Shown here: positions 26,501 through 39,990 of the stretch, piece after piece | Layout: each line of letters begins with the position of its first letter | Numbering within the stretch: position 1 is the stretch's first letter | DNA from: Paraspadella gotoi | Lineage: Eukaryota; Animalia; Chaetognatha | Reading direction: 5' to 3' | NCBI GenBank assembly: GCA_051294375.1 | Contig: CM119267.1 | Coordinates: forward strand, 8,656,843 to 8,720,842 | Length of the DNA: 64,000 nucleotides | Notes under the pieces: model-generated | What the model was told of the DNA's origin: nothing | Databases searched by the model: none | What the model saw: the letters and a program-made list of their open reading frames with translations, nothing else | Made by a program: the position numbers and the translations under genes

Positions 26501-29500
26501 ATGATGTGACCGAGGGAAGGGTTACAAGAAAGGATAAAGGAAAAGAGAGAGAAAAAGTCGAGAGAAATTCCGAGGATGAAAATTCGCGCGAGATTGAAAT
26601 AAATTTGATTTCCAGCTTGGTGACGAAAGATAATCTGTATGTACATTGTACAATCAGGAAAACAAATTTTGAGATATTAATGAGAAAAAAATATGTAATT
26701 CGATAATTGAAGTGATTAGGAAAGAGGAAGCGCAACTCCGAGGTTGTTCGCCACGTCAACGAATTACAAATAAAGATCGCGTTCAGTGTGCACAATAAGC
26801 GTTAATTGGTTCATCAGCTAATTGTTAAGAATCAACTAAAACTTTTCAGTATTACAGGAGTTATACTGGATTACATTTGCGTAAAGTGATCATATTTTCA
26901 ACGATTGACCGAGTTGCTCTGCGCAACTCAAAAAGTGAGAGATGGTACAGCGTTTTTTTTTATCTGGTTTTCGTTAAGGAAAAAAAACCAACTCAAGCGG
27001 AAGAAAGAAAAAAGGGAAATTCAATGAGGTGACTAAAAAGCGAATCACGCCTTCGAGAGAAGCGATTGCCGTTCGAAGTGAAAAAAAAAAGCCCCTCTCG
27101 AACGAGGCGGAAAAGAGAAAGGCCATCCGTAAAAGAATAGCGATCTAATTGAGTGGGACGAGAGAGAAAAAAAAGCAATTCGAAGGCAAGCGTGTTTTTG
27201 GCGGGGCGGATTTAGGAAGACCGAAAAGGTGGAACCATTGGGAAAATGGGGAAGGAAGCGATCGCGAATCGCTTACGGGTCGGAGATAGAAAAGGGACCT
27301 CTCTCCCCCACCTACGAAAAAAAAATAGGAATAAACAGGGCTGACGTCGTAGGCGAAGTTCCAATTCGCGACCCGGGAAACATCGGAAGGCGGAAGGGTA
27401 GGCGAGAGGGAAGGGGGGCAGCAGGAGGCGCATATAAACATCCGGTTGGCGTCTCGAATTTCGCGAGGCAATCACGCGCCAGGTCGTCGTCGCAGTCGGA
27501 AGTCGCTTCCGTCATTTTTTAACTTTGTATCGTGCAGCTCGATTTGGGAAAAAAAAAAAAGATAACCCAAATGCAACTTAACAGCAGATTTAAAGGGATT
27601 CTGATAAATAGTGTTGCAATCACTGAAGCTTTGGGCGATACTATCTCTCGTTATCCGGTAATTAAGCCAAGCTTAACGTCTCCACTGGCAGCGCCTCTTA
27701 AGATTAAAAATTAGCACTGAGAAAATTATTCTTCGCTCTCCACTTGATATCCGGGACAGCGACGTCTCATTCTTAGCGTGGGAGGAATTAATCGCCAAGA
27801 CGACGACGACGAAGACGACGACGACAGCGGCGGCCAAGATAAACTATGACAAAGGATACGACGGCGAAGGAGAATCATCCAAGGCGACAAAATCTATCTT
27901 CATGAATGGAAATGTGTATTGAAGTAGACAAAAGGTGGAAAAGAAAAAAAAACACGATACTAAATAAACAGTCGTTAATCAGAACTCATACAACATCCTT
28001 TGACCTTATCTAAACCTTCAGATTTTAGGTAAATTTGTTGTTTTTTTTCACAAAATTTAATACTGAAGACTTCCTGCCCGGGACGAGAAACGACAATAAC
28101 GAAAACTTATCCCGTCGTCGTGGAAACGAGACGAAGACGAGTCACGTCGCCATGACAACGATGACGCAATAGGGAGGAAAACAATTCGAGCCGAACTACA
28201 AATAGTCTCGGGTCGTTAACCGAAAACGTCTCGGCGAAGTCACCGGAGACGGCGAGGGGGTTGCGGAGTGGAGATTCGGTTTGAGGGAAGTGGGTTTCGG
28301 AAAATTGGGGGAGGGGGTTTTGTGGGCCGACAAAGAGGGAAGCTGTTTTCGCGAAAATTGGCAGGAGTTGTACACAGCGCGAGGAGTATGAAAAGAGAAT
28401 TTGTCAGGGATATATTATAAAGAATAAGGAAGTCCTACTGCCTTTGAGATAAGTTAGAAAAAAGTAAATAAATAAGCTCGCAACGTTTTACTCTGCTTAT
28501 TTATTTTTTTTTTCCTTTAACCGAAAATGTTTTGGCGGGTAATGAGACAGCGGAGAGCGTTGGGTCGCATCAGAGGTGGTGTTTAACTCATAAAACAGTC
28601 GAGTATGCTGTCTAGTTATGAGAAAAGCAAAGGAGGACTGGCCTTCAGTCCTTCCAATAATGAGGTGTTGTGAAATAGGGTTTACGTTCAAATTGTGAGA
28701 TGATCGATCGGAGTGATGGATGGCAGAAGGAAGGCAACGTTCGGATTATGAGCCCCCGTCCAATTTTGGCGAACGTTTGCCTTCTTCCTCTCATTTTTTC
28801 GTTGAGTCAACAAGGAATGTTTTCTCTGCCCTTCTTCCGGATTCATATTCTGTTTTCGGGTTATGTTTGAGCCTTGCCTTTTTCGCCAGGCCTCCCGGTG
28901 ATATTTTTTTGCTATTATATTTGCGAAAAGTCAGGTTTATTTTGTTATCGTATGACATTGGACGACGTTTCTGATAAAGACAACCAAGTTCGTGGGGTTT
29001 TCTTTTTTAATATTTTTTTTAAAGATATATGATTTGATGTTTTTCTCTCCCTCAATCCATTTTTTTTCCCTTTATTTTTCTTCCCCTTCACTGTAGAGAT
29101 CACACTCTAGAGTCCAATCTATAGTTTAAATCAGCTTTGTTTTGGTTGTCCCTCCCCCACATTTTTTTTGGCTAGATTTGTTCGTGTACTATTTCAAATC
29201 TTTTTTTTTCGCTTCCCTATTCGTTTTAATTTGTCTTATCATTCCACCCCCCCATTTTTATTTCATCACTATGTCTTTACCTCTCTCTCCTTTCCTCCAC
29301 AACTACTCACCTCTGTGTTCCTCCCTTTTTCCTCCCTTTCTTCCATCGTCTTCCTCCACGCTGTTTTCCGTGGATCGAATTCGTCTCTTTCTTCTTTCTT
29401 TCCTTTTTTCCGTGAATTCTGAGGCTGAGGAAGAAAAAGAGCAGAAAGGGGCGAGAACAAGAATAAGATGTTGTTTGTCAGTTTCTAAATTGTTTGAGAA

Positions 29501-31703
29501 CGCGCGGCCGTTTATTTTAACATTCCGTAAATTTTTAGCCGTAGGCTGAAAGTTGAAACTTACAGTCACCTAAAATGTGATCATTTACTTCTCTTTTTTT
29601 TAAACTTTTCTTTGCCTTGAATCAAATACATAAATAAAATTTTAAATTCAAATAGTTTCTGCAATTTAGTAATTAACTTGCATATAAAATGTTTTTTATT
29701 TTCTTAACCAAAAAAAAAAACCCATTAAAACCTTTGGTCTCTTGTTTTTCGTTGCAATCATGGCCCCAGCTTCGGCGCGCCTCTCGCGGGTCCAATTTCG
29801 TCTCTGCCTTTTGTTTCTTCTCTTGGCTCTCATCGGTTTTTTCATCAGAATCCTAACCGTAAAAAACAAACCTAAGTTTAAATACTTTAAAAATTTTCTG
29901 GTTTGCTTTCTTATAAATAAATAACCTTCTTGGTTTTGTTGTTAGATTTTGGTCTCTTTTTAATTCTCTTCGGTGCCTTTGGAGATACGTGTCCGATCGC
30001 TTCATTGATTTCCGCGATCACCTTTTCGCAATTAAAAAATTTCGAGATTATTCAACCCTATATTTTTAACTAAATTGTCGAGTGTTTAAATTAAATTAAA
30101 TAACCTCATCTATTTCTGCAGCGACTTTCGCCGATTTCGGCGACAAAGGAATTTCTTTGATCCGCCGCTCCTCGTCCTCTTCGTCGTCGTCGTCGTCGTC
30201 GTCGTCACTCTCGGACTCCGCGTCGTCTGGGAATTGGCCAAGAAAAAAAAATTATTTATTTAGTATAATATATACTATTTTGGTCTGGGGCGAAAATTTT
30301 TGAGAGTCTTACCGTCCAGTCCTTGGATCGAAGCGGCGCCAATTTCCCAGTGTGGCGCTCGAATGGCGCCGGGTTGTATGGAAGTAACGCCGTTGACGGC
30401 GCCGCAAGATGCAAGTCTGAGAATTCAATTTCGAACAGCTCTAACAGACAGACAAACAAATAGAGAAAATGACATTTTTTTTTATCATTAAGAATGCTTA
30501 CCAAAAAAAATCAGATTTTTAAAGTATTATCACCATTACATCACCAGGAAGAAAATCTAGTTCACTCACGGGATAATCTTTGGTATCGAAGTTCGGATTT
30601 GCGGAGTCGCGAAGTCGCCATTCGGAGGGAGAAGCTCGGGAAACTTCCTTCTCGCCTAAAACATGTAAATCAGTTACATACTAAAAATACCAAAATATTA
30701 TGATATATTTTTAAAATGAATTTTTTTTTTCTCACTAAATTCTTTTATTTTTTTAAGGAATTAACCGTTGTTCTTTTTCCTGTTTCGCAAAATCCATCGC
30801 AAAAGCTATTGCATTGCGCCGCCTCGCGAAAATTGAAGTCACACAAAAACAAAATGACAAATTAATTTGCCAATGAATTATATTTACCCTCATGACAGAA
30901 ACTACCTACCAATGCAAAATAATATTTGTTTTACCTGTCAATCACGACCCATGCAAACATATATAAAACGTTACTTATTTTATTTTTGTTTTGCTATATT
31001 TTAGTACTTATACATTATAGCATTGAGCAATAAGGCGTAATAAAATTTATAAATTTAACTTTAATTAAAATTCTAAAAGTAAGGAACGAACAACATTATA
31101 CTAATAAACATTTATGTAATAAAAAAAATTATAATAAATTTTACAATTTACGCAGTAGGCCATATTTATACTACTACTAATCCAATAAATGTTAAAATTT
31201 CAAAACAGTTTTTTCTAAGATTTTTTTGCAGATTTGGTTTCGTCATAAAAAGTTGATAAAAAGAAATATAACTCTTTTTAAAAAATTCCTTCATTAAGTG
31301 GGTCAAAAATTAGAAAAAGCTATATTTTAAGCTGAAAATTAACTTTTTATATGTCAAATATAGTTATTTAAATTTTTAACCCCCTTAATGAAAGAATTTT
31401 CAAAAATGATTTATATTTTCTTCTATCAACTTTTGACGAGGAATTCAAATCTGCAATCAAAATTAAGAAAAGCCTATGTTGAAATTTTTCAATTTTATAA
31501 GGATAGTACTATATATAAATATAGCCTACTGCGAAAATTGAAGAACATAAAATAAATTTTTTTTACAAATTAATATTTACTAATGGTATGTTGTTCATAA
31601 TTGACATTTATAATTCACTACGCCTTATTGAGCAACCGTGAAAAATCGCCAGTGAATGTTTTAGAGCGTGAGGTATATTTATTTATATGAAATGATTGGC
31701 CAA
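21224..31703. repeat. Copy C of the segment (corresponds to ~10483-21183), differing by many 1-3 bp indels
   Basis: Colinear with copy B throughout, with mostly indel differences. It is the only copy that runs on into unique sequence (after gattggccaat at ~31703). Confidence 0.95.
28522..30934 (-). CDS. Copy C of the unknown multi-exon gene (most readable copy)
   Basis: Same exon chain. First visible exon is 30910-30934 (gacag|GTAAAAC...CATTG|gtaggt) and the microexon is 29564-29569. Most consecutive exon phases are compatible. Confidence 0.6.
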
Positions 31704-31837
31704 TGACTGTCCTTCTGAAAGTATTTTACAACATGTAATAATATATTTTTCGACATGTAGATACTCAGCGTTTTTCTTTGTCTTGATAGGATTCTTTTCA
31801 TGAATATACAAATATACAAATATATACAAATATACAA

Positions 31838-32063
31838 ACTTGTCGGGACTGAAACAACAGTGGGTACAGGGCAGCACAAATGAATAAGGTCGCTCGCTCG
31901 ACGACATGAAATAGATCAACCCGAAGTTTTGTTAGAATCAATATTTATATCATGAGTAGAATGTATATTGATATAAACATCGATTCTCACATAACTTCGG
32001 GTTGATCTATTTCATTTCGTCGAGGGAGCGACTGTACCCACTGTTGTTTCAGGCCCGACAAGT
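31838..32063. mobile_element. Fold-back palindromic MITE-like element (~226 bp)
   Basis: Arms pair almost end to end: acttgtcgggactgaaacaacagtgggtacag / ctgtacccactgttgtttcaggcccgacaagt, then gtcgctcgctcgacgacatgaaatagatcaacccgaagtt / aacttcgggttgatctatttcatttcgtcgagggagcgac, then an AT-rich inner stem. The left arm has a ~19-nt insertion. No clear TSD. Confidence 0.8.
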
Positions 32064-32189
32064 ATAAACATTAAACAAAACTAAAAACAAAGTAAACAAT
32101 CGAGAATTCGAGATCGCGCGAGACCGCTTGACACAATGTCACAAGTTAGTTACTGATATTTCACGTCAAGCATGAAATCTCAATATCTC

Positions 32190-32215
32190 TCCGTTCTGAT
32201 TGGCTGATTTTCGAG
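32190..32215. promoter_or_regulatory. Candidate CCAAT/NF-Y box in the divergent intergenic region upstream of the stomatin gene
   Basis: ttctgattggctg (reverse CCAAT consensus) about 780 bp upstream of the stomatin ATG; motif only. Confidence 0.3.
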
Positions 32216-32292
32216 CGAAAAATCGAGAATATAACCAGAAAGATGAAATAACTGGACACGTAACGTTTATAAGGGTTTCCTAAAATTTTGTT

Positions 32293-32355
<63 letters not shown>

Positions 32356-32526
32356 AGGTGCGTCATTGTCACGCGCAATTGAGACGCCCCTGCATTGACG
32401 TAACCAGGTATCGCTCTCGCGCACGCGCTCCTCTTCTCCTTTTCCTTCGGCGAAGATACTCATCCAGTATGAGTTCTCGACGTCAGAACTTCGCGTTCTT
32501 AAACGTACATAACAGTTATTTTTATG

Positions 32527-32595
<69 letters not shown>

Positions 32596-32976
32596 TTCCC
32601 TCTCCGTCTCTGTCGTGTTAAGTACCGAGCCGGCCTTGGATTCGAAATAATATTTTTTATTCCTCTTCTTCTTCCCTCTCGACAGGGTTGTTGTGTGCGG
32701 CTGCGGCTCGTTTTTCCTGACTCCTGTAATCGGAAACCCTCTCAACCAAAAATCGAATCGGCCTTGAGCTCCAAAGAAAAAAATAATAAACTAATCGACC
32801 GGAAAGAAGAATAAAAAAAGATAAAACAAAAAGTTCGCATTAATTGCGTCGATCAATTCTTCGTCTTCGTAGTCGTCGTTCTCTTTCGTTCCGCTTTTCT
32901 GGGCGCGACTGAGAGCGAGAGAGAGAGAGAGAGGGATAGAGATATCCTCTGCCACGGACTCGCTGAAAAGTTTTAA

Positions 32977-34563
32977 ATGCAAATCGCCGACGATCGACAT
33001 AACAACACGGACGGCCTTTCGACTTCTCCTCGCTCTAATAGCGGATCGCTCAACGGCTCCACTGCCCGTCTCATAACCGGCAGGACACAGTACAACGCCA
33101 TCTCCCCGCTCCGCCCCTCTCCGAGCTTGGAACTCGTCTCCGTGGGATCGCCCTCGACGCCTCGCGAAAATCTACTGGACGCCGCGATGGAGCAAGAGTT
33201 CCAACCGGGTTATCAGCGCCACAAGGAGGAAGATGGCGGCGGAAGCGGCGTCTGCGGGGTCATCCTCATCATCTTCTCTTATCTGATGTTTCTTTGCACC
33301 TTTCCGCTTTCTCTCTGCTTCACCATCAAAGTCGTGCAGGTTGGGTTCATTAAATTTTAGCTTTTGTTCATATATTTGTTTACATTTTAGTAAGAAATTT
33401 CAGCAACACCATGTAACATTTAAAAAAAAAATCCCGATCGGCTTGGCCAATCATTTTTGTTTTGAAAACTGTCACATATTTGGAGAGCTCTGTTTCAGTT
33501 CAATGTAAATAATGGCCCTTTTCGTGTTATTTTACAAATGTCAAATGAAAATAACGTTTTGGTTTCTTATAATAATAAGTGCATTGGAACTTGGAAGTGT
33601 ATTTCCCATTATTATAATGCGTTTATATTTCAGGGCATTATGCAATATTGATACGACAAGAAAATTCCTTCAGAGGTCTCATTGGTTGAGAATAGGAATA
33701 AATGAAATAGGTTTAACAGTCGAATGACAAATATACGGTTAGACAACTGTGTACAACTGAACATAGTAGTACATACTATTTCATAGTACACATGTTACGA
33801 ACTAATATTTTTTTTTCTACCACTGCATTCCAAAAACCGATACGCTGCATATTTGAAAATTATTTTTTCTATAAGCGCACTTCATTTTTAGGAGTACGAA
33901 CGCGCGGTGATTTTCCGTCTGGGACGCATCTTGTCCGGCGGCGCCCGCGGTCCCGGCATCTTCTTCATCCTCCCGTGTCTGGACAACTACATCAAAGTGG
34001 ACCTGCGCACGGTGACCTTCGACGTCCCGCCACAGGAGATTCTGACCAAGGATTCCGTGACGGTGGCCGTCGACGCCGTGGTCTACTACCGGACGGCCAA
34101 TCCGACGATGAGCGTGACCAACGTGGAGGACGCGGCCAAGTCGACCAAGTTGTTGGCCGCCACGACGCTGCGCAACGTTCTCGGCACCAAGAATCTGGCC
34201 GAGGTCCTCTCCGATCGCGACAACATCTGTCATTCGATGCAGGGCTCTCTCGACGCCGCCACCGATCCCTGGGGCATCAAGGTCGAAAGAGTCGAGGTCA
34301 AGGACGTCCGTCTGCCCGTGCAGTTGCAGCGGGCCATGGCGGCCGAGGCTGAAGCCACCCGAGACGCCCGGGCCAAGGTTATCTCTGCCGAGGGCGAGCA
34401 GAAGGCTTCGCGCGCGCTCAAGGAGGCGGCCGATGTCATCAACGAGGCCCCTTCGGCTCTGCAGCTGCGGTACCTGCAGACCCTGGCGCAGATTTCCGCC
34501 GAGCACAACTCGACGATCGTGTTCCCGCTGCCCATGGAGCTGCTCAGGCCTTTGGTACGTTAG
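32977..34563 (+). CDS. STOM: Stomatin / MEC-2-like SPFH (band 7) protein, 344 aa, 2 exons: 32977-33339 and 33892-34563
   Basis: Phase-0 intron (GTGCAG|gttggg...ttttag|GAGTAC) joins KVVQ to EYERAVIFRLGR. Hallmarks: hydrophobic hairpin with conserved Pro (FLCTFPLS), GPGIFFILPC, DLRTVTFDVPPQEILTKDSVTVAVDAVVYYR, WGIKVERVEVKDVRLPVQLQRAMAAEAEA, ALQLRYLQTL, NSTIVFPLP. Orthology among STOM/mec-2/paralogues not resolved. Confidence 0.97.
33340..33891 (+). other. 552-bp GT-AG intron of the stomatin gene
   Basis: AT-rich with canonical ends; removal restores the conserved KVVQEYERAV motif. Confidence 0.95.
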
Positions 34564-37500
34564 CTGGGGATCGCGTGAAAAATCCTATTCTCCGGTCGGA
34601 GTGATTGATAAGGACTTTTCTGCTACCTCCAATGTTGGGTCATAATTCAGAAGTGAGGTAAAGGAGGAAAAGGACGTGAAATGTTACCCTTGTACCAACT
34701 TTCGGTAAAATTATATAAGCTCCGGGAATCATTAGATATTTTCGAACTTTATACATTTGCTAGTCATGGTTATCTTTTTTTTTTTTTTTTTTTTTGCTAT
34801 GCGCGTCCAGCAATCAATGTTCTACACTTTCACCATTCTTGCAAGAGGGCACAATTTTTTTACGTTTCATGTGTGTTTCTCTTTGTATGTTTATTAAGAT
34901 GCAAATTAAAATAACTTTTAACCTATTGGTATTATTGGACTTGGAATTTCGACAAATAGTATGCCTTTCTATTCGTTTTAAAACAAGCATTATCAATTAT
35001 TCTCTTGTAAAAGAAAATTGCTTCTCTGTATGAACCAATAATAGTGGCCTTCGAATTAAAATAAATTTGGATATTCACTTTTTCAGTCTTTAATGAATAT
35101 TAAGTTAGAGATAGAAACAAACCAAAATAGTAATTTAATAGTTTAGCCATTCAAGAGTTTTTTTTTCTTCGGCAGAATTCCCAAATTCCGAGCGTTTCCT
35201 TTTTTTTTATCTCAACTGCTTTTGCTTTTCTCTTCCCACGTATCGGCGGCGTCAGCGGTTTTCTCGGCGATGCTCTTTTTTTTTCCGGCGCGGAGAGCCT
35301 TTAATGAATTTCCGGACGTGAGGCTTACTCGGGATGACCGCCTGGAGGCGCGTTGAGATCCTCGAGTCTCCCTGTCGATTCTTCCTTAAATCCCGGTCGT
35401 GCTAACGAAAAAATAAACGCTTTTCAGAAAAAAAAACCTTTTCCGAGATCGAGATGAGAATCTCAAGTGGCTTCTCTTTCTCTCTCTTTCTCTCTCTTTC
35501 TCTCTCTTTCTNNNNNNNNNNNNNNNNCTCTTTCTCTCTTTCTCTCTTTCTCTCTTTCTCTCTTTCTATTTCTCTCTCTCCACGTTGTTATTTTGTTTCA
35601 AGACTTGAACTACTGTGTAAATTTACAAATATTGGAAGAGACGCTCTCCGGTCTCGCTACAATCCAGAAGAAACGGCTTCTTTCATCGTGAAGATTTTTG
35701 ACTAGTTGTTCCTTGATGTTCTCAATTAAAAAAGTTGGAATCTTTTATATGCTCGCATAAAAGACTCCCGAATGGAACCGGTCCATTACCCAAAGCGGAA
35801 AGCAACTTACCTCAAGCGGAAACCTTTTCTCCTTTTAGTACTTTAGTCTAAGTGTCATATAATAGTTATATATACTTTACTATTTTATTCATATACAAGA
35901 CTAATTCAGTATAAACTTACTAGAAACCGATTAGTTTTCTTTCAAAATCACGTCATTGGTTCATATTTTTTTTCAGAAAATTTAGAATTCCACAGTATAG
36001 TCTCAGGAACTAACATTAATATAAATTTATTTTAATTAAAGTGATTCCAGTTCAACCACGACCACGAAATGCTCCAAAAGCGTTTCCTTCTTCTTTATCG
36101 ACTCCTTTAATGCTCGTTTAGTCCCATTGTCCCCTTAAGCGTCGACGAGAGTTCCCCCTTTTCCCCAGAATAAAATCGACGAGCGATATTTTTTTTGCGC
36201 TCCTCTTCTACTTCTTTGTGTTCTTTGACGATACTTTAAATAAGACGGGATTTTGTTATCGGAACAGAAAAAACATTGTGCTTCGCCTTCGGTTAACAAT
36301 CGCGACGGAAATAGTAAATTATGGGTGTCACTGGGTGCGCTACGAATTTTCGCTCGACTTTTAATCATTTCAAGTCGTCATTGAAGGATCGAAGTTCGAG
36401 GAAATCAATCAACGGCCCAAAAGTTCCCCTATCTCGACGGCAGCGATTTTGCCGAATGAAAGAATTCGAATGGAAAGTCGGAACCTGTCGAACCGAGCGA
36501 AGAGATTTCTTACCGATCCTCCCTCTCGTTATAAGTTTATTTAAAACCGAAAAACCTAAAGTCGAGAAAGAAAAAGAGTAGTACTTGATGTAGAAAAGTG
36601 TTCAGTCAAAAGGGTCGTGTCTCGAGTGTTAGAACTTATGACCGCCCGATAGAGAGTCATCGCTCGTAGTCACGTGATCTCGTGACGACCTTTCTGGGCC
36701 GTGAAAACTGGGTCAACAGCGGAATGGATCCGAACGAGAAAGAGCAAGAGATACATCCAAAAAGAAATCGGTGATCCGAGGCAAAGACGATCTTTACACG
36801 ATATTCCTTTCACGGCATAGAATCTCAACTTCGACGATCGCCGTGAAAGGCGAACGTTGATCGCCCTTCAAAGGCCTCGATCCCCTTAGATCACCCATCT
36901 TAAACTTAACACATCTTAATCACTCCTAATATCGAATCCTAAGCCGCCTTCCGGTCTTCCTCCGCATCACTTCCTCACCAGTCTATGGTGACTTCTTTAG
37001 CGAGGTTCCCTTTATCCTTTCACCAAAAAAAGTCGCCACCATCTCGGACGCTTTTTTCACGCATCACGCCGCACGATTCTTCTTTCACAAAAGAAACTCC
37101 TCTTTTTTGAGTGGAGGAAGTGAAGCGCGCGGTTCGTCCTTCAAAAGACACACGTCTCCACATCTCCATCGCGTTTTAGAAGTTGTCCGTGTTGTTGTTG
37201 TTGTTGTTGTTCAATTTAGTTTTGCTTTTTGTTTTCATTCAATTTTTGTATCATTGATTAGTTTCAGATAATTGTTTTTTTTTCAATAAAATCAAACCTT
37301 TAAACAGAAATAAGGAGGTTTTGTAATATTTTCTGAATTAATTATGTTTTTGAAAAAAAAATAGATGGAGGCCGGCGATTCGCCTCCAGCGGCCGCCGGT
37401 GTCGGAGGGAAAGCCGTCGTCATGACTACGGGATTTTTTCGTCTTTCGCGTCATCGAGATTCGACGCTCGTTTTTCCCGCCAAACAATCGATTTTTGCGC

Positions 37501-37601
37501 GACGGGAACGAAGCCGCGGCCAAAATGAAATTCGCTTCGATATCGAATTAAACTGTCTCTCTATTTTTATTTTTTTGTGCTTACGAATTAATATTAATTG
37601 C

Positions 37602-37756
<155 letters not shown>

Positions 37757-39859
37757 GACTGGAAAGAGTCCTAGAATCTATGGAAGCGCTTCCGTGGCCG
37801 TAGTAGTCGTGTCATCATTGCATCGTAGTCATAAGCGAGAATGTCGTCGCCATCTTCATCGCCGAGCCAATACTTGCGTATGAAAAATGCGCGGGTGACA
37901 GGCGCGGTCGAGAAGAAAAAACGGAAGAGCGCGCATGATATATGGCTTTCAACCTTCCGCCGTCGATATTGGAATGAGAATGTGACGTAGTCTTTTTATT
38001 TGTTTATATTTAATAACCATTTAATATACCAATTCAATTGAACAAAAAAAATAATCAGATATGATATCGGCGATATTGAAAAGTTTAAGTTGCGTCGCAT
38101 GTTTGAAATCATTCGGCAAGAGCCAAGAGCTTTAATATTGGCAAATTACGAAGATAAAAATATTTGTTTAAATCGATATAGATACACTAAATAGGACTTG
38201 GTTTTAATTGTTCCTGTTATTTATTGTTTTTCGTTTTCTGTGAACGAAAACAAATTCAAGTCGAATGCGATGCTTACTAAGTAAAACTTGACCGTGAACG
38301 TTCACAGTCGATAAAAACTGAACGTCGATATTATTAGTGACGCTTCGACCGTCGCTGTTGTAATCAACGCAGAAATAACCTTTCAACTTCAAAAACTAGT
38401 TGATAAGTAGCTTCTACGTAATACGTAAGAATCTGAGGGTCCCTCGCTCTCTCTCTCGCTCTCTCGCTCTCTCACGCTAACGATGCCTGTCGAAGTGGTC
38501 AAATCTTTCCACTTAAATAATTTACGACTTTAGCATTATTCGCATACCGAAAATTCTGCGCAGTAGAAAAAATATGATAGTTCACAGAATTTTTTCACCA
38601 ACCAGTAAAAAAAATCCAGCTTTGTAACATGCGTTTTTATAACTAAAAAAAAAGCGAGATACTTTTGGCTGTCTTTTCCTTTTCCTTCCTATCTTAATTT
38701 TTGACAGACGAGGAGAGAGATAATCTTTCTGGAACGAGAAAACGTTTTCGGTTCCATGGAATGAAAAATAAAACTTTGCAACGCGCGATTAGCCTAAAGC
38801 TAAGAGCAAAAAGCTGAGCCCAGATTTATCGGAGAATGGGGGAAAACGTGGCTTGATAAGCCACGAAAATTAAAGCTTCCTTATACCATGGTTTAGAAAA
38901 GCCTTTTTCAGGTTTGAATGGTAAAAAAAGAAAACATCTTTGATTGGCCGAATGGAAAAATGCCGAGTCCCAATTGGCCTGGAGCAAAGAGTAGAGAAAT
39001 CAACTTTCCCTTCTCTTCTTTCCCAGAGCCGGGGGACCATATTCTTTGTATCCTCCTCGGATGCTATTAATTGTCAGCGAGACAAGAACATTTTGTCCCT
39101 TGTACATCTGCATCCTGCCTCACCCATTTTCGCTTTGTCCTTTTTGTCCCCCCTTTTTTTTCGCTCCTCCTCGTAGTTTGACGAGACCAGCTGTTCAAGT
39201 TCACTGTTGATTGACACAGTGTTCTTTGTTGTCGTTACTGAAGCCATCCGACAGGCTCTGGGGCGACGATCTAAGCTGCTGGGTTTTTGTCTTCGTCATC
39301 GATTCGATAAAAGCGGCGATAACAATGTCGCTTGAAAAAAAAAATTTATCCGAGTTTGAACAAGGGGGATGTCATTAGGCGACCGTCCGGTTTGCCAGTT
39401 GGCTGCCTCTTTTTCCAGGCTCCCCTTTTTCTCTCTTTCTCTCAAGTAGGCAGCTTTGTTTTACATGGTAATTAATGTGGATATATACCATTCTTTCTGT
39501 CTGTCTGTCTGTGTCTTTCTCTCTCTCTCTGTCTCTCTCTCTCTCTCTTTCTCTCTCTCTATCTATCTTCAAAAGAACAAAGCACCAATAAGGACTAATG
39601 ATAAACGCTAACGATCTCGAATCTCAAATCACATTTTCGCCCTTGGTTCGAATACACAAGAAATTAAAAAGTTGGTATGAGTCTTCGATTTTACTGTCAT
39701 AATTCTGTTTCTTCTTTGTCATATAAAGCTGACAGGAAGAGAGAGATGACAAAATTTAAGTCATTAAAAATAAAGATGAAATGAGTTCCTTCCTTAATGA
39801 GAAAGTGCGTGGCCCTGTGGTTGTTAGCAGATTTAAATTTTCGACTCAAAGAGAAAAAA

Positions 39860-39990
<131 letters not shown>

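Noticed and set aside
1-31703. Repeated unit as an rDNA, histone or retrotransposon array
   Set aside because: No rRNA, histone, reverse transcriptase, integrase or transposase sequence; the content is ordinary spliced genes, and the identity pattern points to an artefact.
33817-34535. 229-aa and 101-aa antisense ORFs and a 186-aa alternate-frame ORF over stomatin exon 2
   Set aside because: Shadow ORFs expected from GC-ending codons; no independent motifs.
36806-36850. 11-bp perfect inverted repeat (cctttcacggc / gccgtgaaagg)
   Set aside because: Short and isolated, with no RNA-family features; could be chance.
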